Shown here piece after piece: positions 1 to 8,981 of a stretch of DNA of 64,000 bases. The stretch comes from Methanomicrobiales archaeon (lineage in GTDB: Archaea; Halobacteriota; Methanomicrobia; Methanomicrobiales; Methanospirillaceae). The notes beneath the pieces are model-generated. The model was not told the DNA's origin. It was given only the letters and a program-made list of their open reading frames with translations, and searched no databases. Both the position numbers and the translations under genes were made by a program. How positions within the stretch are numbered: position 1 is the first letter of the stretch; the number at the start of each line of letters is the position of its first letter. The stretch covers positions 1,039 through 65,038 of the forward strand of contig JANXYM010000075.1 of assembly GCA_025350045.1 (NCBI GenBank). The letters are read 5' to 3'.

Positions 1-39
1 ATCCAGTTTGGTCACATGCACCCAGTCTTTCCACTTCAT
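1..39 (-). CDS. Partial (N-terminal 13 codons, runs off window): probable geranylgeranylglyceryl phosphate synthase (PcrB-like GGGPS)
   Basis: Reverse strand from ATG at 39 reads MKWKDWVHVTKLD, matching the HxTKLDP N-terminus of group I GGGP synthases. Not in the ORF track; only 13 aa visible. Confidence 0.6.
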   Translation of the reverse strand, partial: MKWKDWVHVTKLD

Positions 40-297
40 CACAATCACAGATAGGTGTGTTCTGCTTCCCCATAAACCGGTGACATTCTTTTGATTCATC
101 CGGGAAAAAGTGACAGGATCGAAATGGCAAAGATGAAAAAAAGGTTCAACATTCCCGTTGTGTCTGTCACATCTTCCTCAGAGAAGTGCACCACCCGGGC
201 GGATACCCGCGACAAAGCCGGATGTTTTATCCTCAAATCTGTGAGGATCCTCAGACTCGCAGGGGAATTGAGGGTGCAGGGAAAAAAACAGTTTTTC

Positions 298-3126
298 TTA
301 GATCTGGATAACCGCAGTATCCTTCTTTTTCTGTATGGCAGCCTGTAATTCCTTAACCTTCGCTGGAGTAGTACCCGAATCCCGTGCAACTTTTTCAGCA
401 TCTGCAGCCAGCAGGACTGCGGTATTGGTAATTCCTGCCCGGGAGAGTTTCTCGATCATGGTATCAGATATCCCCTTGATCGCCAGCAGTTCCTTTTTAC
501 CTTTCTGGACTTTTGCTTTTGGCACTTTTTTTGCCACCGGTTTGTTCAGGGCCGTGCAGACCAGATCCACATGTCGTTGCACGGTAGCGGATGACACCCC
601 GGCAAGGGTACTCAAGGCTTCAGGAGTACGTTCGCAGAACTGCTCGGGCCTGATGATTCCGGCAGCAAGGTATTTTTTCAAGCTGACTGCAGGAATGCCA
701 ATTTCTTTGAGCACCTGCCCATAGTACGTGGTCTTTGCATCGGTGAGGATCTGATCGGTCTCTGCATCACTTACTCCGGCTTTCTTTAAGCTTGCAGCAT
801 CAGTGTGAACGAGATCGGACAACTCGGTGATACCCCGTTCCTTTAATGCCGTAAGGATTTTTGCCGAGCTGCGCCCTTTCCGGGGCACAATGCGCTCACG
901 GAGGAATTTGCGGCACTCTGACCGGCGACGCAGTTTTTCGAGCACGGCACCTGCATCGCTGATCAGTTTTTGTGCCGTTTCAAGCGGCATATCGAGCCGT
1001 TTTGCCAATGGTTCGGGCAGGCTGCGGGCAATCTCTGCTACCGTGTAGATGTGCTTTGAGAGAATCTTTGTTGCGAGTTTTTCATCCATGGAGGGGATCT
1101 CGGATAAGGATTCCTTGTTGGAGCTGATCTGGTGACAGAGCGGGCACCCGATATCCCAGGGGCGGGCACCTTTCCGGATGAGGCGAACGAAATTGAGGTG
1201 GTGCTTTTCGCAGAGATCATCGGTGCGCACGGCAAAACCCCACTGGGCATTGGGAAGGCCGATATTGAATGAGCATTCGGGATACCGGGAGCAGCCAATG
1301 AACTGCGCATTGCCCCGCATGTGCTTGATGGCAATGGTCCCGCCGCAGGCCGGGCATTTCCCCAGGTTCATCTCTTCTGCGGTCCTGCCCCGGATATCTT
1401 CGCCAATCACCTGCTCATTTGCTTCCAGCTGATCGAATGCCAGGTGCAGCATCTTCTGGGATTCCTTGATCACATCCTCCCGGGTACGTTTACTCTCTTT
1501 GATCTGCTGCATGTGGGATTCGATCGTCTGGGTCATGTCAGGTTTGGTGATCATATCTGCATGCTGCTCTAAGGATTCGATCACCGCCCTACCGACAAGA
1601 GTGGGGCGCATGGGCGTGCCTTCCACGTACTTGCGTGACACCAGCTTTGCGATCACTTCATGGCGGGTACTCTTGGTGCCAAGGCCGAGCTCTTCCATCA
1701 CCTGGATAAGTTTGCTCTGGGTGAAGCGGGCGGGTGGCTGCGTCTCTTTCTCATCGAGAGTGACTTTTTTTATGGGAAGATGTTCTCCGGTAACAAACTC
1801 CGGCAGGATCATCTCCTTTGCCTCGGAAAACGGGTAGACCGTATGCCAGCCGGGTTCGATAAGTTGTCCGCCGGTTGCAGTATACTCCTCTCCTCCTGCA
1901 ACAAAGAGAATCTTCATGGTCTTCCAGAGTGCATCCGGAGAGAGTGTGGCAAGGAAACGGCGGACTACCAGCTCGTAGATCCGGAATGCATCGTCGCCAA
2001 TCGCTTCACGGGTTGCAGGGCCGGCAGGGTGGATAGGGGGGTGATCGGTGGTGGATTTCTTTCCCCGGGTCGGGACTGCCCGGCGGTTTGCCATGGTCCA
2101 TTCAACATCCTTTTTGAACGGTGAAGAACGGATATCCTGTAATAATCCATTCAGGTCCAGGGACGGGGGATATACGGTATTGTCCGTCCTTGGATAGGAG
2201 ATGTAACCGTTCATGTACAGGTCTTCGGCTATCCGCATGGCATTGGCTGCGGAAAACCCAAGGCGTGCTGCGGCTACGATGTAACTGGTGGTATCAAACG
2301 GTGACGGTGCCCGGTCCTGCTTGGTGCCGGTTTTGACATCCGTGACTATGAGGGGGGCTTTTGTCCGGTCATGGGCGAGTTGCGCTTCGGCTTTTGCATG
2401 GAAACGCCCATGGGTGTGCCGGGCTTCAATCCTCTCTCCGGTTTTCTCGGTGTCAAGGGAGAGCTGCCAGTATTTTTCCGGGATAAAAGCTTCGATCTCT
2501 TTCTCCCGGTCCACGATCATGGTGAGGGTCGGGCTCTGCACCCGGCCAACGGAGAGGATATTCTGTCCGCCCCGGCGTGCGGCAAGGGAGATGAACCGGG
2601 TTAAGGATGCCCCCCACATGAGATCAATGGACTGCCGGGCTTCTCCTGCTGCAGCAAGGGCAAAATCGAGTTCCGTGGTGTGGGAGAAAGCGTGCGTGAG
2701 TTCCTGTGATGTGATGGCAGAGAAACGGGCACGATCGATTATCACTTTCGGGTTGACTGCACGAACCAGTTCGTACGCTTCCTTTCCGATCAGCTCCCCT
2801 TCGGTATCATAGTCCGTTGCAATGGTAACGCGATCCGTTTTTCTTGCCAGTTTCTGGAGGAGGGATACAATCTTTCGTTCGGTGGGGATCTTGATCGTTT
2901 TTGCATCGATCAGGCTCCGGGGGGTGGATGTTTCACTGCGCCAGTTGCTGTACCCGGGTTCGAAATCAATTTCAACAACATGCCCCCGGAGACCAACGGT
3001 TGTGGTCTCGCCAAAACTGTACGTTGAGACACCGGCGTCCTTATTTTCAATAATCTTTTTTCCCTGCCCCAGGATCTCGGCAATGCGGCGTGCGGAGATG
3101 TTCTTTTCAGCGACAATTAAGTGCAC
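298..3126 (-). CDS. topA: DNA topoisomerase I (type IA) with zinc-ribbon and C-terminal HhH-like repeats
   Basis: TOPRIM 'LIVAEK' and 'ATDYDTEGE', 'SVGRVQSPTL', catalytic 'GYISYPRTD', zinc ribbon CPAC...CSRYPEC. Confidence 0.97.
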   Translation of the reverse strand: MHLIVAEKNISARRIAEILGQGKKIIENKDAGVSTYSFGETTTVGLRGHVVEIDFEPGYSNWRSETSTPRSLIDAKTIKIPTERKIVSLLQKLARKTDRVTIATDYDTEGELIGKEAYELVRAVNPKVIIDRARFSAITSQELTHAFSHTTELDFALAAAGEARQSIDLMWGASLTRFISLAARRGGQNILSVGRVQSPTLTMIVDREKEIEAFIPEKYWQLSLDTEKTGERIEARHTHGRFHAKAEAQLAHDRTKAPLIVTDVKTGTKQDRAPSPFDTTSYIVAAARLGFSAANAMRIAEDLYMNGYISYPRTDNTVYPPSLDLNGLLQDIRSSPFKKDVEWTMANRRAVPTRGKKSTTDHPPIHPAGPATREAIGDDAFRIYELVVRRFLATLSPDALWKTMKILFVAGGEEYTATGGQLIEPGWHTVYPFSEAKEMILPEFVTGEHLPIKKVTLDEKETQPPARFTQSKLIQVMEELGLGTKSTRHEVIAKLVSRKYVEGTPMRPTLVGRAVIESLEQHADMITKPDMTQTIESHMQQIKESKRTREDVIKESQKMLHLAFDQLEANEQVIGEDIRGRTAEEMNLGKCPACGGTIAIKHMRGNAQFIGCSRYPECSFNIGLPNAQWGFAVRTDDLCEKHHLNFVRLIRKGARPWDIGCPLCHQISSNKESLSEIPSMDEKLATKILSKHIYTVAEIARSLPEPLAKRLDMPLETAQKLISDAGAVLEKLRRRSECRKFLRERIVPRKGRSSAKILTALKERGITELSDLVHTDAASLKKAGVSDAETDQILTDAKTTYYGQVLKEIGIPAVSLKKYLAAGIIRPEQFCERTPEALSTLAGVSSATVQRHVDLVCTALNKPVAKKVPKAKVQKGKKELLAIKGISDTMIEKLSRAGITNTAVLLAADAEKVARDSGTTPAKVKELQAAIQKKKDTAVIQI

Positions 3127-3131
3127 GGTGA

Positions 3132-4580
3132 CTACGCCTCCTTCTTCTTAAGCGCTTCAACCAGCATCCGGTTCAGCTCGCCCGGGTCGGCCTTGCCCCG
3201 GGTCTTTTTCATGACATGGCCTACCAGGAAATTGAGCGCGCCGCCTTTTCCGGCAAAGTAATCCTCGAGCGCTTTTGGGTTCTCGGTGATTGCTTCATTG
3301 ATGGCAGCGGTTATGATCCCGGTATCGCCCGATGTTTTTGCAAGGTTGAGGCGCGACACAATAGCGGCGGGAGCTTCAGCGGGCTCATTTTTCATGTGCT
3401 GGTCGAGCATGATTCTCAGTACTTCGATTCCGCTCTTGTCGGTGATGGAGCCCTGCTTGAGGATATCTACCAGTTCCGTAAACTGTGCTGCATCCACACT
3501 GTCAAGGCTCATGCTGCGGTAATTCAGCTCCCCGATAAGGGTGTCGGCAATCCAGGTAGCGGCAAGGGTTGAGAGTCCTTGTGGGTCGGCGGCAACGATT
3601 TTTTCAAAGAAGTTTGCCAGTTTCAACTCACCGGTCAGGGTACGGGCATGGTTTAAGGAGCAGCCGTACTGCGCAACAAACCGCTCGCGGCGTGCATCGG
3701 GAAGTTCCGGCAATACAATGCCGGCTACCCAGGACTGCACGTGCAGGGGGCGGAGGTCCGGCTCGGGGAAGTAGCGGTAGTCGTGCTCCTGTTCCTTGGA
3801 ACGCGATGACTGCGTGATGCCGGTGGATTCGATGAAGTGCCGTGTCTCGCGCTCGATCCGCACGCCGCGCCGGATCAGGTTTTTCTGCCGGGTGACTTCG
3901 TAGGTGAGCGCTTTTTCCACTCCTTTATAGGAAGTGATATTCTTGACTTCCACCCGCTCGTTGCCCTTGATCGAGATGTTCGCATCCACCCGCAGCGATC
4001 CTTCCTTGTCGCTGTCAAAGACGCTGAGGTACTCGAGCGTGGCACGGAGTTTGTTCAAGAATTTCCGTGCCTCCTTGGGAGAACGCATATCCGGTTCGGA
4101 TACGATCTCGATCAACGGGATGCCGGCCCGGTTGTAGTCCACGAGCGAATACTTGCCCCGCTCGGCATTGCCCATATGGACGAGCCTGCCCGGGTCCTCT
4201 TCGACATGGATGCGGGTGAGCTGGATACGCCGCTCGCCGCCTTCATCGCTCTCGATCTCCAGGTAACCGCCTTCGGCAAGGGGCTTGTCGTACTGGGTGA
4301 TCTGGTAGGCTTTGTCAAGGTCCGGGTAGAAATAGTTCTTCCGGGAAAACTCGGATTCGTGGAGTACGGTGCAGTTGAGGGCCTTTGCCACTTTCATCGC
4401 ATACTCGATCGAACGCTTGTTGAGCACCGGCATTGCACCGGGAAGTCCGAGGCAGACCGGGCAGACGTGCGTGTTCGGCCCGTCATCCCGGTAATCGGTG
4501 GAGCAGCCGCAGAAGAGCTTGCTCTTTGTGTCCAGCTGGCAGTGCACTTCGAGCCCGACAATCACCTGGTCTTCTGCCAT
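3132..4580 (-). CDS. gatB: Asp-tRNA(Asn)/Glu-tRNA(Gln) amidotransferase subunit B
   Basis: 'VGLEVHCQL', 'RKNYFYPDL', 'DYNRAGIPLIEIV', 'DYRYFPEPDL'. Confidence 0.98.
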   Translation of the reverse strand: MAEDQVIVGLEVHCQLDTKSKLFCGCSTDYRDDGPNTHVCPVCLGLPGAMPVLNKRSIEYAMKVAKALNCTVLHESEFSRKNYFYPDLDKAYQITQYDKPLAEGGYLEIESDEGGERRIQLTRIHVEEDPGRLVHMGNAERGKYSLVDYNRAGIPLIEIVSEPDMRSPKEARKFLNKLRATLEYLSVFDSDKEGSLRVDANISIKGNERVEVKNITSYKGVEKALTYEVTRQKNLIRRGVRIERETRHFIESTGITQSSRSKEQEHDYRYFPEPDLRPLHVQSWVAGIVLPELPDARRERFVAQYGCSLNHARTLTGELKLANFFEKIVAADPQGLSTLAATWIADTLIGELNYRSMSLDSVDAAQFTELVDILKQGSITDKSGIEVLRIMLDQHMKNEPAEAPAAIVSRLNLAKTSGDTGIITAAINEAITENPKALEDYFAGKGGALNFLVGHVMKKTRGKADPGELNRMLVEALKKKEA

Positions 4581-5882
4581 TTAGTTCACCGCCTGTTCAT
4601 AGGCATATGCCGCATCGATCACGCGCTCATCATCAAAGGACCGTCCCATGATCTGGAGGCCGACCGGCATGCCCTCTGCTTTTCCGCAGGGGACAGATAT
4701 GGCCGGGATACCGGCAAGATTGGCCGGGACCGTCAGGATATCGGAAAGATACATGGAGAGCGGATCGCTCTTCTCGCCGAGTTTAAACGCGATGGAGGGC
4801 ATGGTGGGCCCGGCTATCAGGTCTACTTCTGAGAAGATCCGGGCAAAATCGGCTTTCACGTTCTCGCGGGCAACCTGTGCTTTGGCATAGTACTTGCCGT
4901 AATATCCCGATGAAAGAGCAAAGGTGCCCAGCATGATCCTGCGGCGCACTTCGGTACCAAATCCCGCCCTGCGGACTTCTTTATAGGCCTCGTGCCATGA
5001 CTTTTTGGGATCGGCACCCGGACCATACCGCACGCCATCAAACCGGGCAAGGTTGGAACTGGCCTCGCACGTGCAGGTTACGTAATAGGCAGCGAGCGCG
5101 AATTTCATGGAGGGGATACTGCACGGCACGGTGGTAGCGCCAAGTTCTTCGAGCCGGTCTATAGCAGTTTTGACTACTCCGGCAACCTTAGGGTCGACCC
5201 CTTCGCCAAAATATTCCCCGGGAATACCGATCTTTAATCCTTTGATATCTGCAACGGGGGTGTGGGTGTAGGGCCGGTCATAACTGGTAGAATCCTTACG
5301 ATCTTTGCCGGCAATCACCTGCATGAGGGTGGAGATATCACTGACGGTCTGACCCATAGGGCCAATTTGTTCTAAGGAATTTGAGTATGCGATCAGTCCG
5401 AAGCGTGAAACCCTGCCATACGTTGGTTTCAGGCCGACAATACCGCAGAAAGCGGCCGGGCAGCGGATGGAGCCGCCGGTATCTGTACCAAGTGCCATCG
5501 GCACCATATTGCTGGCAACAGCAGCTGCACTGCCTCCTGAGGATCCGCCGGGCACACGGCCGGTATCGCAGGGATTGAGGGTGGGGCCGAACGCGGAATT
5601 TTCGGTCGTGGTTCCCATACCGAACTCGTCCATATTTGTCTTGCCCACAATGGCTGCGCCGGAGTTCCGGAGCAGTTCAACTACGTGGGCATCGTACGGG
5701 GGAATGTACCCTTTGAGGATCTTTGATCCGCAGGTGGTTTCGATGCCCCGGGTGGAGATATTGTCTTTTACCGCAACGGCAATGCCGGAGAGTTTTCCCT
5801 TACCATACGGAGCTTTTTTGCAGACCGCAAGAAAAGCATTGTACCGGTCATCGGGTTCGAAGGTGAGTTCGTAAGATTCCAC
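4581..5882 (-). CDS. gatA: Amidotransferase subunit A (amidase signature)
   Basis: 'VAVKDNI', 'GKTNMDEFGMG', 'PGGSSGGSAAAV', 'GTDTGGSIRCPA'. Confidence 0.98.
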   Translation of the reverse strand: MESYELTFEPDDRYNAFLAVCKKAPYGKGKLSGIAVAVKDNISTRGIETTCGSKILKGYIPPYDAHVVELLRNSGAAIVGKTNMDEFGMGTTTENSAFGPTLNPCDTGRVPGGSSGGSAAAVASNMVPMALGTDTGGSIRCPAAFCGIVGLKPTYGRVSRFGLIAYSNSLEQIGPMGQTVSDISTLMQVIAGKDRKDSTSYDRPYTHTPVADIKGLKIGIPGEYFGEGVDPKVAGVVKTAIDRLEELGATTVPCSIPSMKFALAAYYVTCTCEASSNLARFDGVRYGPGADPKKSWHEAYKEVRRAGFGTEVRRRIMLGTFALSSGYYGKYYAKAQVARENVKADFARIFSEVDLIAGPTMPSIAFKLGEKSDPLSMYLSDILTVPANLAGIPAISVPCGKAEGMPVGLQIMGRSFDDERVIDAAYAYEQAVN

Positions 5883-6151
5883 TACATCACCCGCGGTGCC
5901 TTGATGAACCCGTCTTCCTGTGCTGCTGCGTTTTTCAATACCTCGTCCCGGGGTAGGGATGGTTCGACAATATCTTCACGCATGATATTGGTGAGATCGC
6001 GGGTGACTTTTGTGTCCCCTTTGACCTGGTCGAGCACGTCAAAATAGTCAAGAATTGCATTAAACTGGTGCGTAAATGTGTCCAGTTCACCGGTATTGAT
6101 GCCGATATCGGCAAGTTCCGCAATATGTTCCACGTCTTTTTCAGTGACCAT
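5882..6151 (-). CDS. gatC: Amidotransferase subunit C
   Basis: 89 aa, 'DVEHIAELA', C-terminal 'DGFIKAPRV', overlaps gatA by 1 nt. Confidence 0.95.
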   Translation of the reverse strand: MVTEKDVEHIAELADIGINTGELDTFTHQFNAILDYFDVLDQVKGDTKVTRDLTNIMREDIVEPSLPRDEVLKNAAAQEDGFIKAPRVM

Positions 6152-7145
6152 GTTCCACCCTGCTTATGTGGTCTATGTAATCTTGCACGGATGTTTTATA
6201 ACCATTTTTTCGGGCAAGGCTGCTGAGTTCCTTTGCAACCCCGCTCCCGTATTGCATGGCTTTCTTCTCGTACCAGGCGAGTGACGGGCCGATATGGCGT
6301 TCTGCGACCATTCTTAAAGGTACCTTTCGGCGTGTTCCCTGCACTTTTTCTGCAGCCGGGATCTTCCGTGCCGCGCGCACAACCCGCATGTCCAGGTACG
6401 GCATGGAGAGGTAGGTGCCGTGAAGGGCAGCGATCGACTGGTCGCGCACAGCCTGCTGTTCAAGGCCGGCAAAGTCGCGGGAGAGGTCTTCTTCAAGGGT
6501 TTTTGTATCAAGATACCGGGAATATCCCCCGAAGATCTCATCTGCGGCCTGCCCGGTGAGAATGCGGTGGTAGCCGTGTTCGCCGGCCCAGCGCGTGATA
6601 AAGTACTGGGTGAGAGCGATACCGGTATTGACGGGGTCTTTCCGGGGAATTGTTCCTATGACCAGCGGCAGCACATCTGCGATCTCCTTTGAGGTAATCT
6701 CAACGTATATGCAGGAAAGATTGAGCATATCGGCGGCATGCTTTGCCTGCCGGAGATCATGGGATCCCGCGAGCCCGACTGCCAGGCATTCCCGCCCGGC
6801 AAGATGGGCAACGAGAGTTGAGTCCACACCGCCGGAAAGTGCAGTTACTCCTTCATCGCTGCGCAGTCCAACGGCAGTGATGATCGCTTCTTCAAGCGGC
6901 AGATCCGGCCCTTCAGGTACGATCTCTCCGGTTATCCCGTTCTCACAGGAGAGTGTACCTTTCGGGCAGTTCCCCTGTATCACCCCGAAATGGTCCCGGG
7001 CACGACACCCGTTTCCTGATAGAAAGAACTCCCCGCCAAACCTGAGAATGTCTCCGGGCCGCTCACAGAGGATTGCCTCTATATCAGGCCGGGTAAGGCG
7101 TGCCCCATCGAGTTCAATCCATCCCGTCAGTTCAAGTCCCTTCAT
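6141..7145 (-). CDS. asnB: Asparagine synthase-related protein (AsnB C-terminal synthetase domain, short N-terminal domain)
   Basis: PP-loop 'ALSGGVDST', 'LTGQAADEIFGGY', 'KKAMQYGSG'; start trimmed to ATG 7145; stop overlaps gatC start. Confidence 0.8.
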   Translation of the reverse strand: MKGLELTGWIELDGARLTRPDIEAILCERPGDILRFGGEFFLSGNGCRARDHFGVIQGNCPKGTLSCENGITGEIVPEGPDLPLEEAIITAVGLRSDEGVTALSGGVDSTLVAHLAGRECLAVGLAGSHDLRQAKHAADMLNLSCIYVEITSKEIADVLPLVIGTIPRKDPVNTGIALTQYFITRWAGEHGYHRILTGQAADEIFGGYSRYLDTKTLEEDLSRDFAGLEQQAVRDQSIAALHGTYLSMPYLDMRVVRAARKIPAAEKVQGTRRKVPLRMVAERHIGPSLAWYEKKAMQYGSGVAKELSSLARKNGYKTSVQDYIDHISRVEHGH

Positions 7146-7356
7146 CGTAAGCTCATCATTATATGAGAGTTCACCTTCATGAGCTCTTGTGCTCAGGCAG
7201 ACTGGTTTTGACGATGACCAGGTTTTCCCTTTATGCACACTCATAGGATGGTGTGCTGGTAACAGGTGCCCGATTCATTCTTATCACATTTTTTACGGGG
7301 ATATCAAAAATCTTAAGTAGGAATCTCCCGTCTGTACGTAACGGGTGTGATAAAAA

Positions 7357-7557
7357 GTGCAGGCTTCGATTGTAGCCCTTGTCGCTGCGCTGGCAGGGAT
7401 AATCATTCAGAAAATGGGGAATTCCAATTTTTTTTCGATTCTTGGTGATGCCTTCATCATGGGTGCATTTATCATTGCCATTACCGCGTTCCTTCTCTTC
7501 CTTAAAGTGCGGGTCATGGGGCCGGGTGTGGATGAGCTTGCAGGATACAGCCGTTAA
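7357..7557 (+). CDS. Small hypothetical membrane protein (2 TM)
   Basis: 66 aa with two hydrophobic stretches; fills the gap between asnB and tRNA-Leu. Confidence 0.5.
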   Translation: MQASIVALVAALAGIIIQKMGNSNFFSILGDAFIMGAFIIAITAFLLFLKVRVMGPGVDELAGYSR

Positions 7558-7688
7558 AATCCGGTAGTACCCTGTTTTGTAATCTTTTTTTTGCATTTTT
7601 ACCTGCATATCCACGTACGAGATCCAGGTACCTCCTGCACGCATGGTATGCGATTCCTTTTTGCGTTATGCGATGAATATTATACCGC

Positions 7689-7729
7689 GCGAGGGTAGCC
7701 GAGCTCGGCCAACGGCGCTGGACTTAAGA
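7689..7729 (+). pseudogene. Orphan 5' half of a tRNA-Leu(UAA)
   Basis: GCGAGGG acceptor strand, GCC/GGC D-stem, CTGGA-CTTAAGA anticodon loop, then no 3' anticodon strand or T-arm; 34/41 nt identical to the 5' half of the downstream intact gene. Confidence 0.85.
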
Positions 7730-7762
7730 CCTCGTCGTGACAATCAGTATTAGAGTATATTT

Positions 7763-7847
7763 GCGAGGGTAGGAAAGCCCGGCCAACTCCGATGGACTTA
7801 AGATCCATTCCTGCAGAGGTTCATGCGTTCGAATCGCATCCCTCGCA
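7763..7847 (+). tRNA. tRNA-Leu(UAA)
   Basis: Acceptor GCGAGGG/CCCTCGC+A, D-stem GGA/TCC, anticodon stem ATGGA/TCCAT with loop CTTAAGA (TAA at 7799-7801), long variable arm, T-arm ATGCG-TTCGAAT-CGCAT. Confidence 0.95.
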
Positions 7848-7855
7848 TTTTTTTT
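7848..7855 (+). terminator. Oligo-T archaeal terminator after tRNA-Leu
   Basis: 8-nt T run immediately 3' of the tRNA. Confidence 0.6.
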
Positions 7856-7945
7856 GGTTTTTCATACACCCATCAGACCCGGTCGTTCTCACGAAATACC
7901 CGGCCTCCGAAAAAAAAAGAAAATAGAGACAAATTTTTCCTTTGT

Positions 7946-8470
7946 TTACCACTCTGCAGCAGTGAGTGCCTGGACAATTGCATCCCCGAATGCAGCCGAT
8001 GCAGACGGACCGTTTGCCGTAATAATCCGTCCGTCTCTGACAACCGGTGCGTTCGTGATTACCGCTCCCCCGATCTTCATTTCCTTAAACGATGCTGGAC
8101 TTTCATAATAGGTGGCTTTTTTCCCTTTCAGGATGCCTGCACGGGCAAGCACTGCCGGTGCAAGGCATATTGCAGCAACAACCTTTCCGGACTGGTGGAA
8201 AAATTTTACCAGTTCTCTGAGCAGTTCATCTCCCCAGAGATGGACCTGGGAGCCGGCTCCCCCGACAATAACCAGACCCTCATAGTGTTTAGGATCGATC
8301 TCTTCAAAAGAAAGTGTTGCAGTTGTCTTGGCCCCCAGCATTCCTGTACAAACCCCGCGACGCGTGGATGCGATATCGAATCCGATACCAGCCTTTCGGA
8401 ATGCAGCAACCGGTTCGGCCAGTTCCTCATCTCTGAATTTTTCCGGTGCAACCGTGATAAGCACTTTCAT
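7946..8470 (-). CDS. DJ-1/PfpI family protein
   Basis: 'FRDEEL', 'IVGGAG', nucleophile elbow 'AAICLAP', 'RDGRIITANGP'; start trimmed to ATG 8470. Confidence 0.92.
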   Translation of the reverse strand: MKVLITVAPEKFRDEELAEPVAAFRKAGIGFDIASTRRGVCTGMLGAKTTATLSFEEIDPKHYEGLVIVGGAGSQVHLWGDELLRELVKFFHQSGKVVAAICLAPAVLARAGILKGKKATYYESPASFKEMKIGGAVITNAPVVRDGRIITANGPSASAAFGDAIVQALTAAEW

Positions 8471-8694
8471 AGTGTTCGGAATAACTTCTGTTGATATAAG
8501 GGTTTTTGCTCCGGGTGACAAGCATTACTGCCTGCGGGGTACAAAATCAGGAAAATCTGATCATTTCGCACAGAAATTTACGTACCGCTCTCCCTTTGGT
8601 ATTAAAAAAACACTTCCTGTGGTGGAAAAAGCACACTGATATGAACAGTCGGTTTTACCGGTAAAGAAGGCGCGAACCGGTTCATAGGTTTCTT

Positions 8695-8919
8695 TTACTC
8701 TCCTTTGAGTTTGACGATCTCCGTCACTCTTCCGACACGGCCATCGCTGAGCCGCACTTTTATACCGTGGGGGTGGGTTTCTGAATTGGTTAATATCTCT
8801 GAAACGATCCCCCGGGTCAGCTTTCCGCTGCGCTGATCTTCTTTCTGGACAATATCAACCGTACATCCGGGCTGGATGGCCCTGCGGTTTCTTCCTTCAT
8901 TCAGGTTTGGGACTGTCAT
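8695..8919 (-). CDS. YwbE family protein
   Basis: 'VDIVQKEDQRSGKLTRGIV..ILTNSETHPHGIKVRLSDGRVGRV' signature. Confidence 0.9.
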   Translation of the reverse strand: MTVPNLNEGRNRRAIQPGCTVDIVQKEDQRSGKLTRGIVSEILTNSETHPHGIKVRLSDGRVGRVTEIVKLKGE

Positions 8920-8981
8920 AGTGAGTAATCCGTTTTTTGATAAGGGTACTTCTTCGGATCCTGAATGCTTTTATTAAAAAA

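Noticed and set aside
96-401. Short ORFs at 91-348 and 96-401
   Set aside because: Overlap the topA end and run through A/T tracts; composition looks non-coding.
7231-7644. 137-aa minus-strand ORF
   Set aside because: Overlaps a more plausible membrane ORF on the other strand and has no recognisable motif.
7689-7847. Single intron-containing tRNA-Leu (first 5' half as exon 1, rest as intron)
   Set aside because: No bulge-helix-bulge visible at 37/38. The spliced product would have a C-T mismatch in the anticodon stem, and the downstream copy already folds perfectly on its own.
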